A stretch of DNA of 64,000 bases from the NCBI RefSeq assembly GCF_036321535.1, contig NC_087436.1:66776001-66840000 (forward strand), in the 5' to 3' direction. The notes under the pieces are model-generated. The model saw nothing but the letters and a program-made list of their open reading frames with translations, searched no databases and was not told the origin of the DNA. The position numbers and the translations under genes were made by a program. This DNA is from Camelus dromedarius. Taxonomy: Eukaryota. How positions within the stretch are numbered: position 1 is the first letter of the stretch; every line of letters starts with the position of its first letter. Positions 55,354-64,000 of the stretch are shown piece by piece.

Positions 55354-55690
55354 CAGTTGTCCCCAGGTATCTGTAGAGGATTGATTCCAAGGACCCCCCT
55401 ATGGATACCAAAATCCATGGATGCTCAAGTCTCTTATATAAAATGGTGTAGTATTTGTATGTAACCTATGGACATCATCCCATAAACTTTAAATCATCTC
55501 TAGAGTACTTGTAATACATAATACAATGTAATGCTAAGTAAGTGGTTGTTAATACAATGCAAACACTAGTAAATATTTGTCAGCACAAGTTCTGCTCTTT
55601 GGAACTTTCTGGATTTTTTTCCAAATATTTTTTCATCTGCAGTTGGTTGAATCCATGGCTGCGGAACCCACGGATATGGAGGGCCAACTG
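55354..55690. mobile_element. MER2-like TcMar-Tigger non-autonomous DNA transposon
   Basis: Imperfect TIRs (CAGTTGTCCCCAGGTATCTGT vs reverse-complemented end CAGTTGGCCCTCCATATCCGT), TA target-site duplication on both sides, 337 bp. Confidence 0.88.
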
Positions 55691-55744
55691 TACAGCTTGT
55701 ATAACTCTGTATATTGAACTCATCAAAATATACTAAACCCTGAC

Positions 55745-55905
55745 ATATACTAATTTTTATAAATCTCACAACGACATGATGAGATAGACCCTGTCACCAT
55801 CTGTTTTACAGACAGGAATACTAAGGCAGAGAGAGGTGAAAAATAGTGCTGGCGTAGGTCAAACCCAGGTAACCTGGGTTCAGAGACCGCATGCTTAACC
55901 ACTGG
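55745..55905 (-). mobile_element. MIR SINE
   Basis: 'gttttacagacaggaatactaaggcagagagagg...caaacccagg...gcttaaccact'. Confidence 0.65.
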
Positions 55906-57959
55906 CAGTACTTATTACAACAGCTGAGTCCTAAGAAGAGGCAGGGACACTTCCAATACCTTAATACATTCAGCTATGTAAAAACTGCTTTACATTTTTA
56001 AGGGAGATCTAGATATTTAGCATTGTTTTATTGCTTAGATTTCTTGTACAAGAATTTAGGTTAGTCAATGCATGTTGTATTTGTGCCTAATTTCTAAGAT
56101 AAATGGTACACAATCTTTGTTCAACACAGAAAAGTTTTTTTTTCCTAAAGGACATAATCGCTGTTTAAAGTTCTTGATAGTCGGAGAGTTCTTATCTTGC
56201 AAGGGCTGGTTGAAAATTCCTTCCTAAATCTAGGCAGAATTACAAGATGCTGACATTAAGTGACATAAAAGCATTTTAGATAGGAAGAAAATGTATACGA
56301 ATCAATGATTAAGTAACCATAAAGTCAGGTAACAGGGTATTTTAACTTGTCTTCTTAGCAGTTTGAACTGGTGATTCATGATCTTTTTCAAAAACGATCC
56401 TGATTTATTTTAGTACTTTCAGTAGCGTCATTTATTCTGTATACAATATGGCTATACTCAGTCTATTTTCTTTTATGTTTGCATTTACCAAAGGGACAGC
56501 CAAATGTTTAAGATTAACTGTATTTAACTGATTCAGATAAAATAAATGCCCTTGATGTTTATAAAAAGAAAATATGCTTACATTATGAGAGTTTGTCATG
56601 TGTATAGCCATAGTATTAATTATACTTTATCTTTTTGCAATGCTAATAGGTTGTACTAGTTGCTTATTTCCTAGATATCAAAAAGAATATTTCTTTTTGG
56701 AAATATCACTAATACCATGAGATGTTCTCTCATGAAGTCTTTGTGAGTGTTACTGTAATATTTATTTACACAGATATTTAAAACCAAAGAGTTCTTTGTT
56801 TCTTAGTAATTCTTTAAATAATTATCTGAAAATAATTATTTCTGATTTCAGAAATGTTACCATTAACATCATGAAGTGTTTGTACATAATCAATACAAAT
56901 ATTACTAAAATTTTGCAAGATGTTATCAAACAAAACAAAGATATTCTCTGGCTCTCATTAATTCATTAAAAAGTCTGTTTAATAAATATGAGTAATACAC
57001 TAAGAGGGGATCCTTGTGATAAAAGAGGAGTTTCCAGAGGAGAACCTGATATCTGGATAAGTATTGAACTTTAGTACTATGTCTACAGAATATTAGTAAT
57101 AATTATGCAGGAAAAATAATATTATGAAAATATATGAATTTACTGTTTTTATACAATTTATTAAAATTTTCCTAAATCTAAAAACAAACACAGGGTAGAA
57201 TTCTCTATTCTTGTCAAAAGACATACAAATTTATTTTCCATTAATTTATAATATAAAAATGTACTTCAATTAAATGACTCTTCTGTGGTAATTCAATATA
57301 TATATGTCCAATATTATTTTTTTGAGATTCATTAATGTTAAAGTCCAACTCTGACCAATGCTACGTCTACAGATCCCTCCCTTTTAAAGCTATTGGATGT
57401 CAAAACACATCACACCAAATCTAGTAATTACAATTCAAAGGCTTATTACTCACTCAGACATGTGCAAAGCAGGGGATGTCTTTGGGGGAGGGATGGGTAT
57501 CACCTTGGGGAGGATTTTCATGTCTAGAGGGAAAGAGAGAGGGAGAAGAAGAGGAAGAGGTAAAGCCTGGTCTCAGGAGCCATTTCTGGTGGCCCATCTC
57601 TGTGGGTGTGTTTGGTGGGGCGGTAGTTTGGGAAGAAAGCTCAGAGGAATCAGGGGGGTGGCCTTGTGTATGAGTAGAAGCAGAGTAGAAGTATGTAGGG
57701 CTGGTGCTTCTACCTTTGTCTGCCCAAGCCTATATGAACTATTCAACCAAATGTCATTTTGCTGTGAGTGACTTATTGCTTCCAAACTTATTTCTCCACA
57801 ATTTAACTATCAGAAATATATTCACTGTATGATTCACAGAAAGTTAATAACTTGAAAATTGATAGTGCTTGTTAGTATGCCTGTTTATTGATTTTCTAAT
57901 AATTCTAAGTTATCATATTATTTATATTATCAGCACATTTAATACTCTATTATAAAAAC

Positions 57960-58500
57960 AAGTGATGTAGTGTAATTCATTGAAGAAAAATGCAAATGAC
58001 CAATAAACATGAAGGAAGCGGTTAGCTTCATGTTAAGCTAAAGCAACATTCATCTAACTGGCAAGACTACAAATAATTTAAATACATCTTATCTTAGTAA
58101 GATTGTGAAAAAAATCAATGATTCCATGACTTACTTATAAAGTCACAAGCTTTTGAAAAGTCAGTTTATGGCATAGCTTGAATTTCAAATGTACATACCT
58201 AGAGAAATCTATCTTTATCATCAGGTAAACATATGTATAAAGTAATGCTTACTCTAACATTATTTATGAGTGAAAAATAAACAGATAGGAGAGAAGAAGG
58301 GAAAAAAGCAAGGGATGGAGGGAGGAAAGGAAAAAGGGAGGGATGGAGGAGGAGGAGGAGGAGAAAAAGGGCAATTTGCATGACATAGAAGAGTAACCAT
58401 GGTATATCCATTTTGTGGAACACACTACAACTGTTAAAAAGAACAATGTAGATTGCACATAAAGACTGACTTAGAAGGTTTTGCAAAAGATATTAAGAAA
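57960..58500 (+). mobile_element. Ancient L1ME-like fragment with a purine-rich (GGA)n tract at about 58290-58370
   Basis: 'aaatgaccaataaacatgaag', 'catggtatatccattttgtggaacacactacaactgttaaaaagaa'. Confidence 0.5.
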
Positions 58501-59682
58501 AAAAAGAAGTTGGAACATCTGGAAAAATCAAGCTACCATGGTAAAAATCTGTCTCCAATTCAGAAATATTGTCTAGGCTAAATAAAGTAACAATCAAGAA
58601 AACCTACTGGTTAGCCAACTCAGTTAAACTTATTGGTTACATCTTTTTGCAGTGTTAACTGCAGACATATGATCTTTTTATTTTAACATTTATAGAGCTT
58701 TTGCTGGTGTGTCATTACTCTGGTAGGCATTTTACATGGATTATCTCATTTAATCTCCTGTATAACTGCATGAGTTAGAACACTATTATGATCCCATGTA
58801 ATATATAGGTAAATAGATTAAGTAAAAATTCCCGAGTAAAGTGTCTAATGTCATTCATCTTGTAAACATTTCCATGTAGCTTGACTACAGAGATGACTAT
58901 ACAAATCTTTAAATTAGTGTTGCCCTGTGTACCAGTCAGCCTATCTGTGTGTAGGAACTGGGCATAGCTTACGTATATATTCACACATACTCATCCATTC
59001 AAATAATAATAGTTATTATATACTACATATATAATATGTTGCACTTTTAAAAATTCTGAATTTCTAGAAGCAATAAAGCAGATTAAAATTAAATTTGACT
59101 ACCACGATCATGTTGTTACTTAGAGATGGCAACAAGAAATGTTACATTCATCTTGTATTACCTAGGAAATCACTGTTATTTGGCAATGCCCTGTAAGGTG
59201 AGAAGAACTGAGACGCAGAGGAGGGTAAGTGACTTGTCTGTAGTCACACAGTCACTGCCTAACACTAGGGTGACAACTCTCAAGTCTCAGATCTCTACTG
59301 AGTTCACCAGATCATGAACGTTTATACAGTGAAGTTCAGAAGTTAGAAATGCTTTAAAGTCCCTATTGAACAAACTATATTTTCCAACAGTTCTTTTCAA
59401 AGAACAATGCTAGAAACTTCAAACACCTCAGTGACTTGCTTTTTAGAAGAGTAAATCTGAAATGTCAGGTGTAGTGGATGAGAAGATTCTGCTGCAGTAC
59501 CCTGGGGCTTGCCCTAGTTATTTTCAACTTGTCTAGACTGAGACGTTGTACTTCATAGTTGTGTCTGCTTTTCATTAGTTTTTAAAAGTGTATCCATGTA
59601 TAGATCTTTTTATCTAAATTCTACAAATCTGATTAGGTTTTTCTAAAATGTAAATGAATTTTATCTGCACAAATTATTGTAA

Positions 59683-60230
59683 CTGTATTCACTGGGGTCC
59701 AATTAGAAAAACAGAAACCATGCTAGATATTTCAACAGAGGGAATTTAACAAAGGGAGTTGTTTATACAGGTGTTGGGTGTTGTAATGCTGAAATAGATG
59801 AAAAGAAATATTAAGGTATTCCACTGGTAGGTGCTACCAAAGCAGCTATCATCCCTACATCAAAGAGACAGAAAATTGGGGGATATCAGAACGAAGAAGC
59901 CTGGCTGCTGCTCTCTCAGTGGTTTGGAGGAGGGTCTCTGAAAGGGTGTGATGAGGATTGTCCGGAAATGCCTACAGAAGTTAGAGGTTGAGACCAACTG
60001 CTGCTGTGGAGACAAAGAACAAGTACCAGGGGAGCGATGCCTGGAACACCAAGCAAATAGGAAGGCTAACTTCCCTTCTTCCAATCTCTCTCTATTGCCT
60101 CTAGTTGGTAGACTCTGTTAGGAAGCCATCTGGCAAAAGCAAAATATTCTGCTGGGTCTCAGCCCTAGCATGACAAATCTAACTATAACATAGTGGAATT
60201 CCATTTGAGAGACCAACATTTAATAGCCTA
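59683..60230. mobile_element. MaLR LTR (MLT1-like)
   Basis: 'gggtccaattagaaaaacagaaacca...tcaacagagggaatttaa' start and 'ggaagccatctggcaaaagc...gggtctcagccc' end motifs. Confidence 0.6.
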
Positions 60231-60444
60231 TTTCCCTTAACAAAAGTTTATGTTTCTTGGGTTTTGGTGTGTGGGGGGGTGAGGTGGTGATGAGGAGGAC
60301 ACGTGCATGTATGCAGGTTTTCTGAAGCTTTGGTTTATACTTGAACAGTACACAATACTTAGTAACTGCGTTGCTGACTCTTACTTGAAGCCTTTCATGC
60401 TTCACCGGAACGCTTAAATAACGATTTACTAATGTTGCTACCAA

Positions 60445-60690
60445 GTGATGGGGATGTATAACATAGTGAAAAGTGTTTTAGCTTTGGAAGAGCACCCCCA
60501 AGCCTAAATTTCAGTTCTGCCACTCGTGTGTGAACTGAGTAATTTAGGGAAAATTAGTTACCCAGTCGGAACCTCTTTTCATCTCTTTAAAATCAAGATA
60601 ATATCTGTCTTTAAGTTGTTACAAAGATTAAGGATATCATATCATCTAATCTAGCCAATGCCTATTATATAGTAGTGCTAAATATAATAT
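60445..60690 (+). mobile_element. MIR SINE
   Basis: 'aacatagtgaaaagtg...cagttctgccact...gttgttacaaagattaa'. Confidence 0.55.
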
Positions 60691-62611
60691 TATTACTGTA
60701 GATACTGGGAACTTCTGTTTGAATAATCTTATTTTGTTCCCATAAAATCTCAGTAGAAAAGAGGAAATCAAAGCTCTACTGAATGCTTACTGTGCACAGC
60801 ACACTGACTAAAGACTTAGAGAGACAATCTCTTTTATAGCCATGAGACATATATATTGTCTTAGTTTTCCAAATGAGAGGAATTAATTTTAGACTGATGA
60901 AGTGATGGGTCAATTCTGCAGAGTTAGCATTCAAAGCCACTGTGTTTTTGTTGTTATTGTTGTCATTGTGTTTTTGCTTGTTTTCTGGTTATTTTTACCA
61001 TAGGTCTAGAAATACTACACACACAGGTTTAATTCTTAAGAGTTTAGCTAAAATACTTAGTGCACGATAATCATATTTACTTTCTTATTCTGAATCAGGA
61101 ACATACATTATTTGGTTTGTTTTTCTTGCCACTGTAGCCAGTATTTACCTTCTTTCTTGGTAGTTCTGCTATATTACTTCATTGGCCACCTCCTCATTAT
61201 TTACTGAAAAAGAAAATAGCCACTCCAATTACTGATAACGTTTTGCTTGAGTACTTTTAGGAGTATTTGTATTGTTCCTCCCAAAGGCTTAAATTACAGA
61301 AAAACAAGCATCAAATAGCAATGGGTTTCAGAGAAGTTGTATACAGCTCTCAATCTTACTACATTTTAGCATTTATTCTATACTTCTAATAAATAAAATA
61401 CTTCCCTTGGATTCTCTTCCTACTTCACAAATGGTTTTATTTTTCTTGTCCATATCTTGGATATATATTTTTATAGACTATGGATAAACTAAAGATGTGG
61501 TAACTTTAAATCAGTATTTTTAAACACTTCAGAGTTTAGTGTTTGGATTTATGATTTAAATTGTGGTAAATATACATTTTAAATGTATATACACATTGTT
61601 CAGAATAGTTTAGATTTTCTTCTTTTAATGCAGTATGTGGCTATAGAGTTTATAACTGAATAAGAAAATATATTAGATAACAGGAAATGTTATCTAATCA
61701 ATTTACTTATCAATGTGGAAGAGTGTAGATAATCACAGATAGAAGTCAGCTTAAGACAAATAATGAATAGCAAAAGGCCTTCAAATATTGCTGCTTTATG
61801 AAGAAATTTAAATGATCATACAGCTTCCTGAGTAGTGATGATGCCAAAAAGACTGTGAATATTCGCAAGTAAATTTATTATCAAGAAAGTTAACTGCAAC
61901 TGAAATTGCTGTTTTGCAGACCAAAATTTTTGCTATTCCATAGAGAATTAGCCATAAAAATGAAACATTAATATATGGTAAGTAGAGGTTCATGATTTTT
62001 TATTACAAGCAATTTTCACTTCACCACACTAAAAAGATCATCTGTGTAGTCTAGTCTTGACTTACAAGTTTAAAAGAAAGTTAGTTGTGCCATCTAAAAT
62101 TTTAGCATTTTTTTCCTCCATTGATTGGTGGGCTTTTCATGTACTCAGTGACCTTCTCCTTGCCAGACTACACTCACTTCATTCATCATTCAAACAAAAG
62201 GATTAATGTTCTTGGACAAAAATATTAATCTTAGTTCAAATAATTGTGCTTCAAACCCACTACCTTCAAATCCGCATAGGGTAACAGCCACAGGAACAAG
62301 ACTGGCAATTTCTTCCATCAATTCAACTCCTCTAGTAGCTCAAGGAATGAAAATGCTTCAATCTTATATTGAATACTGACTCCATTTTAAAATTTAACAT
62401 TCAAGACATGCCACCTTCTTTGCTACCACTGTCATCCAGCCCAGCAAAATCTCTTCCTGGATCCTGTAATAACATCCTAATTGGTGTCCCTTCTTCCATG
62501 CTGGCCACAGAACTATTAGCTACCAAGCTGTCAAAGTGATCTTAATATCTTAGCATGAATTACTTTCTATAGCTTTTAGAAGCATAAGGCAAAAAAATAT
62601 CTATTTGGAAA

Positions 62612-62788
62612 GAATGGACTTTGGTGATTATCATGTGTCATTGTAGGTTCATCACTTGTAACAAAAGGATCACTATGGCGAGGGATGTTATAAGAGGGGC
62701 AGGTGCACATGCGTGGGAGCAGGGGGCATATGAGCCATGGCTGTACATTCCTCTCAATTTTGCTGTGAATTTAAGACTGTTCTAAAAT
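62612..62788 (+). mobile_element. L1MC-like 3' terminal fragment
   Basis: 'atggactttggtgattatcatgtgtcattgtaggttcatc...ctctcaattttgctgtgaa...tctaaaa'. Confidence 0.75.
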
Positions 62789-63589
62789 TTTTTACACCTT
62801 TTCTTGACAGAATGAAGTTACCTATATATTGATTTCCCCATTAAATTCTCAAATAATTTGTTCACTTTGTAATCTCAGAAAAGAGTGTAATATTCCTTAA
62901 GAACCTAAGACTAACTGTGGCAAAGAATTCATCAGTATAAATCCTACATTGCATTTTCCTCTTCTGTCCTCTCTCTTAAAATTGAAATAAGAGCGGTGCT
63001 TTGCTTCTTTAAGTATAACTTTATACAATCTCAAAAGGGTATTCATGCAAGAGAGAAAATTCCTCTCCCATTTTGACTCATGCCTGGAGCATGAACAGTG
63101 AAACCTTATTCCTCACCACATACCTTCTAATGATACTTCAAAGACTTACAAAGCACCCCAGAGGCTGTTCAGAAGTGCCCATCCTTCCCTGATGAAGTCT
63201 GGCTAACAGAACGGTGGCTTCAATCACTTTGGAATGAGAAATAGGTACTTTCTTTGAGATATTTTGCATTACATACATTGATTATCCAAAAGCAAATAGT
63301 AGCTTAAAAATTTTTTTAAGTATAATTGAAAAAAAAAGGGAAAACCATATTTGTTTTTGCAATATAATCCCAAATATCTTAAAATCACCATCCTTTTCTT
63401 TCCATAAAAGAAAACAAATAATTTTGGACAAAGTTCTGAAAAAAATACCATTCTTTTACATTTCAATCACAGTTACCACATGTTATAATCCCAAATATCT
63501 ATCAAAGTAAGCATTTTCATTTTTGCTAGCCATCAATTATAACATATTCTAGGTACATTAACTCAAAGTTATACAAAATGCATATTTAA

Positions 63590-64000
63590 GGACATCGATT
63601 GGATCAAGATGGTGGAATAGAAGGAAGTGGAGCCTACCTCCTCCTACAAGTGCATCAAAAATACATCTACGTAAGTCATGAAATGTTTATACCAGACTCC
63701 AGTTTCTAGGGGCTATAATGCAAATTGCTTTCAGAAAATAAAATTTTTTCAATGATCAAAAAAAAAAAAAAAAAAAGAAAACTACATGTGGAACACTTCT
63801 CACAGAATACCTGCTGAATGCTGACAGAGTATCTTGTAAAATCAAAATAGCAAGAAAAATCAACATATAACCAGGTAGGACAAAAAGGGGGGAAAAAAAA
63901 GGAACTGGGATGGGACCTGTGCCCCTGGGAGGGAGATGTGGAAAAGGAAATATTCCTTCACCCTGGGAAGTTCTCCACCTGCAGGGAGATCAGCCGGGAC
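63590..64000 (+). mobile_element. L1 5'UTR (element probably continues beyond the window), interrupted by a poly(A)-tailed insert
   Basis: 'tcaagatggtggaatagaagga...caaaaatacatctac...tgtggaacacttctcacagaa...gggacctgtgcccctgggaggga' resembles laurasiatherian L1 5' ends. Confidence 0.7.

Noticed and set aside
57397..57785. 124-aa ORF and overlapping ORFs in a G-rich patch
   Set aside because: Low-complexity purine-rich sequence with no recognisable domain or splice support.
1..64000. Prokaryotic-type systems (CRISPR array, operon, defence or retron locus)
   Set aside because: The DNA is mammalian intron; there is no repeat-spacer array and no long ORF.
33143..64000. Upstream EPHA5 exon (first FN3 domain)
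   Set aside because: No Eph-like translation seen; the intron appears to extend past the right edge.

Overview
AT-rich, repeat-dense mammalian DNA, most likely a camelid judging by two tRNA-derived Vic-1-like SINEs and camelid-type L1 3' ends. The window lies inside the minus-strand EPHA5 receptor tyrosine kinase gene. It holds three coding exons with canonical GT-AG boundaries that splice in frame: 33142-33018 (125 nt), 26231-26072 (160 nt) and 21668/21671-21566 (103/106 nt). Together they encode the second fibronectin type-III domain and the transmembrane helix. The rest is intron containing L1, L2, MIR, solo LTRs, MER2/MER5 DNA transposons and simple repeats; nearly all ORF-track entries are spurious. 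I see no convincing new biological system. The best leads are an E-box/NFI motif cluster (candidate enhancer, ~29.76-30.10 kb), a NAGNAG acceptor, in-frame intronic stops with sense poly(A) signals (some TE-donated) that could give truncated EphA5, a polyadenylated orphan fragment inside an L1 5'UTR, and several repair or template-switch signatures. Repeat family names and exon numbers are from recognition, not database search.
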